Source of the DNA: a virus
Length of the DNA stretch: 64,000 bases
IMG/VR virus record: IMGVR_UViG_3300042287_000745
Coordinates: 1 to 64,000 of that record
Reading direction: 5' to 3' (one strand)
Shown here piece after piece: positions 48,439-58,963 of this stretch; the stretch's first letter is position 1, and each line of letters begins with the position of its first letter. A program made the position numbers and the translations under genes. Below the pieces are notes generated by a model. That model had not been told where the DNA came from. It did no database searches and saw only the letters and a program-made list of their open reading frames with translations.

Positions 48439-48446
48439 CTACGTAT

Positions 48447-49280
48447 ATGCACACTAATGAAAATACTTATGATACGTTTATTCCTAGATGGTTTGGCCGT
48501 TTAGGTAACAACATACAACAAATATCTAACGGAATTTATTTCTGCAGAGATAACAAAATACATTTTACATCACCAGACCACCCCATGGTCGAAGCCATTG
48601 ATTTGAATTTTGGTGACAATAATTTTAGCATACCGCCAAATTCTCACAATTGGTTTTATTTCTTTGATGGGTCCGATGCTGACTTTAGTACAAATACCGA
48701 TGATTTAAATTTTCAACGCAAGCATATCTGCGAAGAATATATATTACCTAAGCTTAAAATTAATCATATCGAATTAGATAAACCATTGCCCGACGATGTG
48801 TTAGTAATTCATATTAGAAGCGGAGACTTATATACGAATTGGCCATCTAGCCACCCACAGAATCCTTTTGCATATTATGTAAAATTATTTAATATGTATC
48901 ATGGTAAAGTAATTTTTCTTGTAGAAGATCTACATAATCCGATTGTAGATTATTTTTCTAAAATTTCTACTGATACAAGAGTGTGTTCTATTGAAGATTC
49001 ATATTTACTTTTACTACAAGCAAGAAACATTGCATCATCGGGAGCGGGATCTTTTGTAATGGGCGCTGCTCTTTGTTCTAAAAATATTAAAAAGTTTTAT
49101 TGTACCAATCTTTGGTTGCCTAATAGTCTAAACCCTACGATGCTAAAAGATCATCTTGAGGTATACTGCGCACACCTAGTAGGTGATAAATATATAAAAA
49201 TTGGCGAATGGCATTGCTCCACTGAAACCATTGATAAGATTTTAAATTATAACGAAGATATATTATTTGGGAGATTATAA
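48447..49280 (+). CDS. GT11-like (alpha-1,2-fucosyltransferase-fold) protein
   Basis: GRLGNNIQQ and VIHIRSGD are GT11 signature motifs; also PFAYY. Start placed at the ATG after the hairpin. Confidence 0.65.
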   Translation: MHTNENTYDTFIPRWFGRLGNNIQQISNGIYFCRDNKIHFTSPDHPMVEAIDLNFGDNNFSIPPNSHNWFYFFDGSDADFSTNTDDLNFQRKHICEEYILPKLKINHIELDKPLPDDVLVIHIRSGDLYTNWPSSHPQNPFAYYVKLFNMYHGKVIFLVEDLHNPIVDYFSKISTDTRVCSIEDSYLLLLQARNIASSGAGSFVMGAALCSKNIKKFYCTNLWLPNSLNPTMLKDHLEVYCAHLVGDKYIKIGEWHCSTETIDKILNYNEDILFGRL

Positions 49281-49281
49281 C

Positions 49282-50295
49282 ATGAATAAACAAGTTGCCT
49301 TAATTACAGGCATTACCGGTCAAGACGGGTCTTATCTTGCAGAATTACTACTAGAAAAGGGATATGAGGTACATGGCGTAGTTCGTCGTAGCTCGTCTAG
49401 AAATACTGGTAGAATAGATCACATCTATAGTAATCCAAATTTACATTTGCATTATGGTGACATAACCGATTCGTTAACCATAATGAACATTCTTAAGAAA
49501 CACAATCCATCTGAAATTTATAATTTAGCAGCACAGAGTCACGTAATGGTATCGTTTGAGACACCAGAATATACTGCAAGTGTGGACGGCTTAGGTACTC
49601 TAAAATTACTTGAGTCTGTTAGAATTTTGAATATGGATAAAACAACTAAGATTTATCAAGCATCTACGTCGGAATTATATGGATTGGTGCAGGAAACCCC
49701 TCAAAGAGAAACAACTCCTTTTTATCCTAGATCCCCATATGGTGTAGCGAAATTGTATGCATATTGGATAGTTAAAAATTATCGGGAATCATATAATATG
49801 TTTGCGTGTTCAGGAATTTTATTTAATCACGAATCGCCCCGACGCGGATTTAATTTTGTGACTAAAAAAATTGTAGATGGACTTGTTAATATTAGCGGGG
49901 GCTACCAAGATTGTCTATATATGGGTAATTTAAATGCTATGCGGGATTGGGGTCACGCCAAGGACTATGTTCGGGCAATGTGGATGATGCTGCAACAAGA
50001 TAAGCCGGATGATTTTGTTATTGCGACGGGCGAACAATATTCAGTCAAAACATTCATTGAAAAATGTGCACCGTATTATGGTATGGATATTCGCTGGGAA
50101 GGTGAGGGCATTAATGAAGTTGGTATTGATAATAATTCAGGGAAAACTATTATTCGAGTAGATCCTAAATATTTTAGACCGGCCGAAGTAGAAACTTTGC
50201 TAGGTGATTCGACAAAAGCTAGAACTATTCTAGGATGGTCGCCAGAATATACATTTGATATGCTAGTAAAAGAAATGTGCATGGAGTTTAACTAA
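49282..50295 (+). CDS. gmd: GDP-mannose 4,6-dehydratase
   Basis: [59 protein letters not shown]. Confidence 0.97.
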   Translation: MNKQVALITGITGQDGSYLAELLLEKGYEVHGVVRRSSSRNTGRIDHIYSNPNLHLHYGDITDSLTIMNILKKHNPSEIYNLAAQSHVMVSFETPEYTASVDGLGTLKLLESVRILNMDKTTKIYQASTSELYGLVQETPQRETTPFYPRSPYGVAKLYAYWIVKNYRESYNMFACSGILFNHESPRRGFNFVTKKIVDGLVNISGGYQDCLYMGNLNAMRDWGHAKDYVRAMWMMLQQDKPDDFVIATGEQYSVKTFIEKCAPYYGMDIRWEGEGINEVGIDNNSGKTIIRVDPKYFRPAEVETLLGDSTKARTILGWSPEYTFDMLVKEMCMEFN

Positions 50296-50930
50296 TGTTT
50301 CCTCCCTCATACCAAAATATCAATAAAATAGTTACGGAAAAATATTTAAATTATGATTTTGGATTTTTTATTGAAGTAGGCGGGGCAGATGGATATACTC
50401 AAAGTAATACTTGGTATCTTGAAAAATACAAAAATTGGACAGGGGTTTTAGTTGAACCAAATCCGGATTCTGCAGAAATGTGTCGCAATACCAGACCAGA
50501 TTCTAAAGTATTTAATTATGCATTAGTTGATCGAGAGTATCCAGATTCGGAAATAACAATGGTACGTAGAATGGTGTATCCGGGCGATCCCGGACTTATG
50601 ACTGCGGCTAAAGATTCTCCGTTGAGAACTAATTCCGATTGGATGCAACCGGCAACAAGCATAGATAAAACTGAAGAATTTACTATACGTACTACCACAC
50701 TTGATGAAATATTAGAATCTTTAGATGTTAAAACTGTTGATTTCTTTTCTTTGGATGTTGAAGGTTATGAAGTACAAGTATTAAAAGGATTCAATTTGGA
50801 AAAATATTTGCCAAAGGTTATACTAATAGAATGGCATGACGATATACAAACTATTTCCGATGTCTTATCTAATACCCATAAGTTAGCAGAACAACTATCT
50901 AAACATGATTATGTTTTTATTTTAAAATAG
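50295..50930 (+). CDS. FkbM-family methyltransferase
   Basis: FFIEVGGADG..QSNT, GVLVEPN, FSLDVEGYE. Confidence 0.9.
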   Translation: MFPPSYQNINKIVTEKYLNYDFGFFIEVGGADGYTQSNTWYLEKYKNWTGVLVEPNPDSAEMCRNTRPDSKVFNYALVDREYPDSEITMVRRMVYPGDPGLMTAAKDSPLRTNSDWMQPATSIDKTEEFTIRTTTLDEILESLDVKTVDFFSLDVEGYEVQVLKGFNLEKYLPKVILIEWHDDIQTISDVLSNTHKLAEQLSKHDYVFILK

Positions 50931-50939
50931 GATAGTAAA

Positions 50940-51881
50940 ATGGAAATGTATAAAAGTAGTAAAATATTTGTTGCTGGTCATAAAGGATTAGTTGGTTCAG
51001 CAATAGTAAATAAGTTGCGAAGCGAAGGATTTAATAATCTTGTTTTGCGAGATAAGGAATCTCTTGATCTTAGAAATCAATTGGAGGTTAAAGAATTCTT
51101 TAAAGCGGAAAAACCAGAATTTATATTTCTTGCTGCAGCAAAAGTCGGAGGAATAAATTGGAATTATACACATCCCGCCGACTTTATCTATGACAATCTT
51201 CTAATACAATCCAATGTTATAGATTCCGCATATAGAAATGGAGCTAAGAAACTATTGTTTCTAGGATCGGCCTGCATCTATCCTAAGGTTACGCCACAGC
51301 CAATTAAAGAAGAATATTTGTTGACTGCGCCATTAGAACCAACTAATGAGGGTTATGCTTTAGCAAAAATTACTGGTCTAAGAATGTGCGAATATTATAG
51401 ACGTCAGTATGGTTTCAATGCGATTAGTTGTATGCCTGCAAACTTATATGGACCTAACGATAATTTTATACCGGAACACGGGCACGTTATTCCTGGCATT
51501 ATTACGAAGTTACGAAATGCCATCATTAACAATGATGACACGATTGAATGCTGGGGTGACGGTACTCCTACACGAGAGTTTTTATATGTAGATGATCTTG
51601 CAGACGCATGCGTTTTTCTAATGCAAACTTATAATGAGGCACAGTTCATTAACGTGGGTAGTAATGAGGAATTAACAATTAAAGATTTAGCAGAAAATCT
51701 TAAATCCGCAATGGGGTTCACCGGAGAAATAGTTTGGAATACAGATAAACCGAACGGTACACCTAGACGTAAAATGGATAATAGTAAATTGAATGCACTT
51801 GGTTGGAATGCCAAAGTAGATTTTAACGAAGGGCTAAAACGTACAATAGAATGGTATAAAAAAGAAAAGGGGATGCTATGA
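50940..51881 (+). CDS. fcl: GDP-4-keto-6-deoxysugar epimerase/reductase (Fcl/WcaG/ColC)
   Basis: AGHKGLVGS, AAKVGGI, LGSACIYP, EPTNEGYALAK, WGDGTPTREF. Confidence 0.93.
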   Translation: MEMYKSSKIFVAGHKGLVGSAIVNKLRSEGFNNLVLRDKESLDLRNQLEVKEFFKAEKPEFIFLAAAKVGGINWNYTHPADFIYDNLLIQSNVIDSAYRNGAKKLLFLGSACIYPKVTPQPIKEEYLLTAPLEPTNEGYALAKITGLRMCEYYRRQYGFNAISCMPANLYGPNDNFIPEHGHVIPGIITKLRNAIINNDDTIECWGDGTPTREFLYVDDLADACVFLMQTYNEAQFINVGSNEELTIKDLAENLKSAMGFTGEIVWNTDKPNGTPRRKMDNSKLNALGWNAKVDFNEGLKRTIEWYKKEKGML

Positions 51882-53047
51882 GATGGCCGTTGATGGGTGA
51901 AACAATTACATTCACCGATAGATTAAAAATGGCATATTTTGCCATGACTGCTGATAAATTCACTAACGGTGAACGAGTAAAGCAGTTTGAAAAAGAATGG
52001 AGTACTTGGTTAGGCGCAAAACATTCTTTATATGTATCCTCAGGTAGTACAGCAAACTTTTTACTTATTGCCGCCGCAAAAGAATTATACAATTTAAAAC
52101 CTGGCGACAAGGTATTAGTGCCGGCATGTACATGGATGACAAATGTTGCCCCTATTATACAGTTAGGATTAACTCCTATCTTCTGCGATGTTAATCTATC
52201 AAACTTTAGTTTTGATCTAACTGATGCTGTTAAGATATCTAAAAAGCATGATATTAAAATGGTATTTGTTACGCACCTATTAGGATTTTCTGCAGATAAC
52301 GAAGTACTAAAACGCATATTTACAAACGCAATTATTTTAGATGACGTATGCGAATCGCATGGCTGCACAGACATTGCCGGAATTAAACGAGGCGCAAATA
52401 GTTTAGGAGCTACCTTTAGCTTTTACTTCGGGCATCATATGTCTACAATTGAAGGTGGTATGATATCTACAAACAACGATGATCTTTATGATTTAATGAA
52501 GATGAAACGTAGTCATGGTTTTGCTAGAGAGTCCACTCGTTTTGCCGAATATGCAGAAACATATAAAGATATAGATAAACAATTTTTATTCATAACAGAC
52601 GGATATAATTTTAGAAATCATGAAATTTGCGCTGTGCTTGGTTCATCCCAACTAAAACGATTAGATGAGATGATATCTATTCGGAATAAAAATCATGAAA
52701 TATTCTGTAAAATTATTGACAAATATCCGCATCTGTTTTATAATATTAAAAACTCTATAGGTAATAGTAGTTTCTGTTTGCCGTTTATCTGCAAGTCGCC
52801 AGAAATAATGAAGGCAATGAAGGATACGTTTACAAAAAATGGTATAGAATATCGACCGGTAGTATCAGGTAATTTATTGCGTCAACCGTTTTTAGCAGAA
52901 TATAGTATTGACACCGATAAAGAAATAACAAACGCAGATATTATTCAAACACAGGGTGTGTATATTGGCAACAATCACTTTGTTACTTTGGAAGATATGA
53001 GATTTTTAGATAAAGTCGTAGGAGAAATATATGTCAACATTGGGTGA
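51878..53047 (+). CDS. DegT-family PLP enzyme, ColD-like GDP-4-keto-6-deoxymannose 3-dehydratase
   Basis: SSGSTAN, DDVCESHG, FSFYFGHHMSTIEGG (His where aminotransferases have the Schiff-base Lys), GYNFR, RPVVSGN. No Fe-S Cys insert. Confidence 0.8.
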   Translation: MRWPLMGETITFTDRLKMAYFAMTADKFTNGERVKQFEKEWSTWLGAKHSLYVSSGSTANFLLIAAAKELYNLKPGDKVLVPACTWMTNVAPIIQLGLTPIFCDVNLSNFSFDLTDAVKISKKHDIKMVFVTHLLGFSADNEVLKRIFTNAIILDDVCESHGCTDIAGIKRGANSLGATFSFYFGHHMSTIEGGMISTNNDDLYDLMKMKRSHGFARESTRFAEYAETYKDIDKQFLFITDGYNFRNHEICAVLGSSQLKRLDEMISIRNKNHEIFCKIIDKYPHLFYNIKNSIGNSSFCLPFICKSPEIMKAMKDTFTKNGIEYRPVVSGNLLRQPFLAEYSIDTDKEITNADIIQTQGVYIGNNHFVTLEDMRFLDKVVGEIYVNIG

Positions 53048-53378
53048 AAGCATAGAAGCAATTATTAAAAATACAGTTGATCGGGTATGTCAAGAAGATA
53101 TGCCGGATTCGGAATATATCGCAACAGATAATCTAGGCGAGATTATCGAGAAATTAGCAATTATTCATATTCGTATGTGGATGTTAGAAGATGCGATGCA
53201 AGCAGCAAAAACAGATTCTGAACTTGCCGAATTGAAGCGCAAGGTTGATATTTGCTTTAAGGTTAAGCGCCCTAAGTATGTACAAGCAATTAACACTATG
53301 GTAGATGATGCAATTAGAACAAACAAATCATTAAAAGAAGATTCTGTAAAATTATATAAAGGCGTAGATAATGGCTAA
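53031..53378 (+). CDS. DUF4254-like helical protein
   Basis: LGEIIEKLAIIHIRMWMLED pattern seen in sugar clusters. Confidence 0.5.
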   Translation: MSTLGESIEAIIKNTVDRVCQEDMPDSEYIATDNLGEIIEKLAIIHIRMWMLEDAMQAAKTDSELAELKRKVDICFKVKRPKYVQAINTMVDDAIRTNKSLKEDSVKLYKGVDNG

Positions 53379-54345
53379 AATTGTATTCTTCAATCATTAC
53401 CATAGAGGCGATTTGTTAACGCATAAAGAATATGTTAGGCAATTAAAACAAGAATTACCTGATGTAGAATTTGAGTATATGCATTTTAATCATTCTAAAT
53501 TAACTAGAGATTTAGATATTCCGAAGACCGGATCACCTACTGATTTAGATGCAAAGACTCCATTCTATCAGGAAGAGGATACCCTTTATATTAATACCTG
53601 GATTGGATGTTTTTGGGATATATTCTGCGAGCATGGTGGTATTAATATGGATTCGCTTTGGCATCAATGGCAGAAAATTTTTGAAACTGTTAATGCCGCA
53701 TTTGGTGTCGAGTTAAAACTAAATGCAGAAAAAGAATCATATTTGCCATCTATTGATTTTAGTAGATTTGATACTACTTCTATTGATCAATATTTAAGTA
53801 ACTCTATCGGCATTAAGAAAATTTTAATTTGCAACGGTGCTCCTCAATCAGGACAATCATTCTCATATGATATGTCTGATTTTATTCATAGTACTGCTAA
53901 AGAATATTCTGACGTACATTTTATCTGCACAACAAAATTTGATACTAAAGAAACAAATATTCTATTTACAGATGATATCATCAAAGATACCGAAATTGAG
54001 GATGAAAAACGTGCACCTTGGGAGGATAAAGGATTTTGCGATCTTCAAGAAATTTCTTATTTAAGTGAACATGCGGATGCGATTGTCGGTAAAAACTCTG
54101 GACCCTTTGTATTCTGCGAAACAAAAACAAATTATATGAATTCATCTAAGAAATTTTTATCGTATAATGTTAGTTGGGGTGAAGCATTCCAAACAGGTGC
54201 TAAGAAACCAACAGAAACAATGTCGAATAATATGAATCTTGAATGCGATTATAAAATTGTTCCTATTTCAGATATTCATAATTTAACAGATGCCGATGCA
54301 ACTAATATTAAAAACTCTTTAAACGAATTAGCGAATAGCCTATGA
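53371..54345 (+). CDS. Hypothetical GT-B-like protein
   Basis: HRGDL at the N-terminus and IVGKNSGP resemble GT9/GT-B motifs. Confidence 0.5.
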   Translation: MAKIVFFNHYHRGDLLTHKEYVRQLKQELPDVEFEYMHFNHSKLTRDLDIPKTGSPTDLDAKTPFYQEEDTLYINTWIGCFWDIFCEHGGINMDSLWHQWQKIFETVNAAFGVELKLNAEKESYLPSIDFSRFDTTSIDQYLSNSIGIKKILICNGAPQSGQSFSYDMSDFIHSTAKEYSDVHFICTTKFDTKETNILFTDDIIKDTEIEDEKRAPWEDKGFCDLQEISYLSEHADAIVGKNSGPFVFCETKTNYMNSSKKFLSYNVSWGEAFQTGAKKPTETMSNNMNLECDYKIVPISDIHNLTDADATNIKNSLNELANSL

Positions 54346-55220
54346 AAAAATTAAAATTAGGTTTTACCGATACACATGAACATTTATCTACATTTTTTGC
54401 TAGTCTATTAGCTAATAGATTTGATGTAGAAATTGATAACGAAAATCCCGATTATTTAATTTTTGGCGATGATAATTTCGGAACAAACAATACTAAATTC
54501 GATAAGAAGGATGTAGTTAAGATTTTCTATACTGGAGAAAATCGTCGTCCAGAGGATTATGATTGCCATTATGCAATATCCTTCGATCATAATTACAGCA
54601 ATTGGCATTATCGTTTACCGTTATTTGTAATCTATATGTGGTCGCTAGATCAAATTCATAATACTGGTTATGACTATTATCACATTCTTCAGGATAATCA
54701 ACCTAAGGAAAAAACAGATTTTTGTTCTTTTGTTGTAGGAAATCCTAAATGCGAAATACGTAATGACTTCTTTCGACGTTTAGGTAAGTACAAAAAAGTT
54801 GACAGTGGCGGCACACTATATAATAACATTAATGCTAGTCTTGACGGGGAACAAGCAAAGATTGATTTTCTATCCTCAAGAAAATTTAATATTTGTTTTG
54901 AGTCCAGTGCGAATCCGGGTTATGTGACAGAGAAAATTTTACACGCATACTATGCAAAGACTATTCCTATTTACTGGGGCAGCCCAACAATAACTGCAGA
55001 TTTTAATCCGCTATCCTTTATCAATGTAAATAATTTCCATGATTTAGATGCAGTAGTAGATTATGTTAAGATGATTGATAACGACGATGACCTATATAAC
55101 AGAATCTTAGCAGCAAGTCCTTTTGCTGGAAATATACCTAGAGATTATGTTATGCTAAATAATTTCTTAAATTGGTTTGAATCGGTAGTTTATAATAAAA
55201 TTGACATGAGAGAAGAATGA
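54342..55220 (+). CDS. GT10 alpha-1,3-fucosyltransferase-like protein
   Basis: FYTGEN, YRLPL, FCSFVVGN, KVDSGG, KFNICFESS..PGYVTEKI..AY...TIPIYWG. Confidence 0.9.
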   Translation: MKKLKLGFTDTHEHLSTFFASLLANRFDVEIDNENPDYLIFGDDNFGTNNTKFDKKDVVKIFYTGENRRPEDYDCHYAISFDHNYSNWHYRLPLFVIYMWSLDQIHNTGYDYYHILQDNQPKEKTDFCSFVVGNPKCEIRNDFFRRLGKYKKVDSGGTLYNNINASLDGEQAKIDFLSSRKFNICFESSANPGYVTEKILHAYYAKTIPIYWGSPTITADFNPLSFINVNNFHDLDAVVDYVKMIDNDDDLYNRILAASPFAGNIPRDYVMLNNFLNWFESVVYNKIDMREE

Positions 55221-55936
55221 AAATACAAACCTTCATTTTTAATTGGGTAGGCCAATACGACAATACGTATAACAAAGAACTACAATTAAAAGATTTCAAT
55301 CCTGTTATTATTAACAGCGATGATATCTATAATGATATTCCTGAATGGCATCATATTGGCAATGATGCATACTTTGGAGCACAATTTGCTAAAGCAGTTG
55401 AATTATTTTTAGAGACTGATAATGAAGTATTATTTCATATCCAAGGTGATGCATCATATAATGACTGGCCTAAACTATATGACGATGCAAACAAATATTT
55501 TGAGATGTCAGATTGGGGCATTTACGCACCTAATGTAGATTATACATGGTATGACTCTAGCAGAACAGATATTACTAGTTTATATTTTCCTATTGAAGGA
55601 TTGAAGATTGTAGCAAATACAGATTGCACCTGTTGGTTCATCCATAGAGATATTTTAAAACTCTACAAAGAACGTAATCTAAATCTTGAACAATATAAGA
55701 TGGGTTGGTCTTGGGATATTATATTACCTAGCTTATGTTTTATTAATCAGCGACCCGTAATACGAGATTATAATCATACAATCCAGCATCCGCTAGGCAC
55801 AGGATATGATACTAACCAAGCAGAAAAAGAAATGCAACAGTTATATGATACTTTGCCCGAGGATCTTCAAGAAGCATTTCGATACATCAAAGGTGATCGA
55901 GAAAATTTAACCAAATATTATCAGACGCCGGCATGA
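55217..55936 (+). CDS. Hypothetical glycosyltransferase-like protein
   Basis: FHIQGDA, YAPNV, GWSWD; located in the sugar island. Confidence 0.5.
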   Translation: MKIQTFIFNWVGQYDNTYNKELQLKDFNPVIINSDDIYNDIPEWHHIGNDAYFGAQFAKAVELFLETDNEVLFHIQGDASYNDWPKLYDDANKYFEMSDWGIYAPNVDYTWYDSSRTDITSLYFPIEGLKIVANTDCTCWFIHRDILKLYKERNLNLEQYKMGWSWDIILPSLCFINQRPVIRDYNHTIQHPLGTGYDTNQAEKEMQQLYDTLPEDLQEAFRYIKGDRENLTKYYQTPA

Positions 55937-56568
55937 AAAAAATTATAGCTTTTAGTCTTTGGGGTAATAATCCTAAATATTGTGCCGGGGCAATACGCAA
56001 TGCACAATTAGCTAAAACAATTTTTCCAGAATGGATATGTATTTTTTATTATAACGATACCGTACCAGCAACTTATATTAAAATACTAAGTGAATTTGAT
56101 AATGTGGAAGTAGTAAAAATTGCTGATGGATCATTTGGGGCATTTTGGCGATTTTTTGATATGCTCGAAGATACAATTGTAATATCCAGAGACTGCGATT
56201 CCCGCCTTTCTAAAAGAGAGAAACGTATTGTGGATGATTGGTTATCTAGCAAAGAAAAAATGTGCGTAATACGAGATCATATTAATCACTATGAGTTTCC
56301 GATGCTTGCAGGTATGTGGGGAATTAAAAATGGACTTCATATAGATTTGCACAAACCAATGGAACAATATTGGTATACTCATTCGTATTTGGTGGATCAA
56401 TTTTATTTGCGAGATGTTGTATGGCCGGTGTTAAAAGATAATTGTAAAATTTATGGTATCAAGGAAACTGCTTGGATGCGAGAAACATATGAAAGTATTG
56501 GTATGGACTTTATTGGTCAAACATATTCAGACGATGAATCTCCAGTATATCCCGGCGCTTTAGTATAG
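55933..56568 (+). CDS. Conserved GT-A-like protein (FSLWG family)
   Basis: IIAFSLWGNNPKY, FWRF, SRDCDSRL (DxD), IRDH, AGMWG, DQFYL. Confidence 0.65.
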   Translation: MKKIIAFSLWGNNPKYCAGAIRNAQLAKTIFPEWICIFYYNDTVPATYIKILSEFDNVEVVKIADGSFGAFWRFFDMLEDTIVISRDCDSRLSKREKRIVDDWLSSKEKMCVIRDHINHYEFPMLAGMWGIKNGLHIDLHKPMEQYWYTHSYLVDQFYLRDVVWPVLKDNCKIYGIKETAWMRETYESIGMDFIGQTYSDDESPVYPGALV

Positions 56569-56575
56569 GGTTAAA

Positions 56576-57268
56576 ATGGGTATCGCATTATTACATCATA
56601 CAGGGTTGGGTGACCATTTCATGTGCAATGGTCTTGTTCATCAATTAGCTGATAAGTATGGGGAAGTGGATTTGTTCTGCAAAGAGCATTTGTATAAAAC
56701 TATCAATCACTTATACATGGATTTTCCTAACATAAAAATTATTCCGATTAAAAATGATTCAGAAGATCCATACCGGTATGCTGCAAATACACAAAAAGAT
56801 CTAGTACGTGTTGGATTTGAGCATACCGATTTCAATAGATTTGAGGAATCTTTCTATGAACAAGTAGGATTAGATGTTGATGATGAATTTGCATACTTTC
56901 AATTTCCCTCGGATTTATCTGGATCAAAAAAATTATATGAGCAAGTTGTTGCGGCAAGGGGAAAAGATTATATTTTTGTACATGATGTAAGCTCATATAA
57001 AGCATTTGATTTAAAAATAGAATCATCCTTGCCTAGATTTGTAGTTAATAAAACAGATACAGATGACGTATTAGATTATATTGATACTATCTGTAACGCC
57101 AAAGAAGTACATATAATAAACAGCGGGTTACATAATTTAGTTTTCCAATTACTATGCCATGGAAAAGTAAATTCTGATAACGTATTTTTTCATGATGCAA
57201 GAAAACCAAAAGACGGTGGAATTGCTATTAGAATTCCTAGTGATGTGAAGGTTATACAATATGACTAA
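56576..57268 (+). CDS. Hypothetical GT-B-like protein
   Basis: HHTGLGDHFMCNG, FYEQVG, YIFVHD, AKEVHIINSG. Confidence 0.55.
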   Translation: MGIALLHHTGLGDHFMCNGLVHQLADKYGEVDLFCKEHLYKTINHLYMDFPNIKIIPIKNDSEDPYRYAANTQKDLVRVGFEHTDFNRFEESFYEQVGLDVDDEFAYFQFPSDLSGSKKLYEQVVAARGKDYIFVHDVSSYKAFDLKIESSLPRFVVNKTDTDDVLDYIDTICNAKEVHIINSGLHNLVFQLLCHGKVNSDNVFFHDARKPKDGGIAIRIPSDVKVIQYD

Positions 57269-58001
57269 AAGAGTTACAATAATTACACCCACAACAGGGA
57301 CAGATTACTTAGAACACTGTTTGCAATCAGTTAAGCAACAAACATATAAAAACATCAATCACTTCGTTGTTATAGATGGGCAACAGTATGCGGAAAAAGC
57401 AAACAAAATTTTAGCAATTAATCCGAACGAAGAAAGAACAGTTTTATGTCTTCCGGAAAATACTGGGGCGGATGGGTATAATGGGCATAGAATTTATGGG
57501 TCTATTCCTTATCTATGTAATACTGATTATATAATGTACTTAGATGAAGATAATTGGATTGACTCAGAACACGTCCAAAGTTTAATTGACACAATAGATG
57601 AAGGCAATGATTGGGCCTTTTCTTTAAGGAAAATTTATGGCAGCAATGGTGATTTTATTTGTACTGATGATTGCGAGAATCTTGGGCTGTGGCCGACTTG
57701 CATCAACGAAAAAGAACTCTTTGTAGATGTGGGTGCGTATTTCTTACCTACCGCAATTGCTATTCAAATTTCTCCTTTATGGTATAGACGGGCAAGACAT
57801 CCCGAGGAACAGCCAGAAGTCGATAGACTTATTATGCAAATTCTGATAGAATATAATTTTAAATATAACACCAACGGTAGATATACGTTAAATTATAGAG
57901 TAGGAAACAGGCAAGATTCGGTACAAAAAGAATTCTTTTTGTGGGGAAATGCTAAGATGGAGCAAAAATATGGAGATTATTATCCGTGGCGCAAGAAATA
58001 G
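57261..58001 (+). CDS. GT2-family glycosyltransferase
   Basis: VTIITPT, CLQSVKQQTY, HFVVIDG, YLDEDN. Confidence 0.85.
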   Translation: MTKRVTIITPTTGTDYLEHCLQSVKQQTYKNINHFVVIDGQQYAEKANKILAINPNEERTVLCLPENTGADGYNGHRIYGSIPYLCNTDYIMYLDEDNWIDSEHVQSLIDTIDEGNDWAFSLRKIYGSNGDFICTDDCENLGLWPTCINEKELFVDVGAYFLPTAIAIQISPLWYRRARHPEEQPEVDRLIMQILIEYNFKYNTNGRYTLNYRVGNRQDSVQKEFFLWGNAKMEQKYGDYYPWRKK

Positions 58002-58273
58002 AATATAAGTTTAATGAGGGTGATCTGTTGAAAGATTTTCAGGCATATGTTGATGCGACATACAATCAACACTACGCCCTAAACAAATATCAAGCAACAG
58101 AATTTATTATTGATAACGGACATGGCGTAGGATTTACTGCGGGCAATGTAATGAAATATGTCCAAAGGTACGGAAAAAAAGCAGGAAGGAATAGACAAGA
58201 CTTGCTAAAGGTGTTACACTATGCATTGATGCTGTTATATGTGCATGACATTGAAACTAAGGAGACTAAATAA
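57986..58273 (+). CDS. DUF3310-like conserved T4-like protein
   Basis: TYNQHY, GNVMKYVQRYGKK, DLLKVLHY. Confidence 0.7.
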   Translation: MAQEIEYKFNEGDLLKDFQAYVDATYNQHYALNKYQATEFIIDNGHGVGFTAGNVMKYVQRYGKKAGRNRQDLLKVLHYALMLLYVHDIETKETK

Positions 58274-58929
58274 TGCAAATAAGTAAAGAAACAATTGATA
58301 TTCTAAAGAACTTCGCCTCTATTAATTCTAACCTAATGATTCGAAAAGGTAAGACTCTTTCGACTATTAGTACAGGTAAAAACATTTTTAGTAAAGCGGA
58401 TGTAACTGAGGAATTTCCTCTCGAAGTAGCAATTTATGATTTGAACTCATTGCTTGCGCTTTTAACTGTTATGGAAAATCAAGAAGTAGATTTTGGTGAA
58501 AAAAGTTTAACGATTTCTAAAGGCAATGGTAAATTTGAATATTTTTATGCTAGCCCAAGCGTTATTGTTGCCGCACCAGAAAAGAGCATTGAGTTAGATT
58601 CGCATTACGAATTTACACTTTCTGCAGATGATGTGCAGATGATTATGAAGGCAGCGGCAATTACCGGTGCGCCAACTATCACAATTTCTAGTAAAGAAGG
58701 CAAGGTTTCTCTTAATATCGGCGATAAGAAAAACGATACTGCAAATACATATAAAAAATCAATCGGAGATAGTGAACATACGTTTGAATGTCATATGGCG
58801 GTTGAGAATTTTAAAATTATTCCCGACGCATATAATGTTACTATTTCTAAAAAGAAAGCATTTCAATTTAAACATGCTACTAAGGTAATTGAATATTTTA
58901 TTGCAATGGAACCCGATTCAGTAGTTTAA
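58273..58929 (+). CDS. gp45: Sliding clamp gp45
   Basis: ETIDILKNFASIN, AIYDLNSLL, YFIAME. Confidence 0.92.
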   Translation: MQISKETIDILKNFASINSNLMIRKGKTLSTISTGKNIFSKADVTEEFPLEVAIYDLNSLLALLTVMENQEVDFGEKSLTISKGNGKFEYFYASPSVIVAAPEKSIELDSHYEFTLSADDVQMIMKAAAITGAPTITISSKEGKVSLNIGDKKNDTANTYKKSIGDSEHTFECHMAVENFKIIPDAYNVTISKKKAFQFKHATKVIEYFIAMEPDSVV

Positions 58930-58963
58930 TGTTGCTGTACGCCTATTATAATATGGAGTTGTT

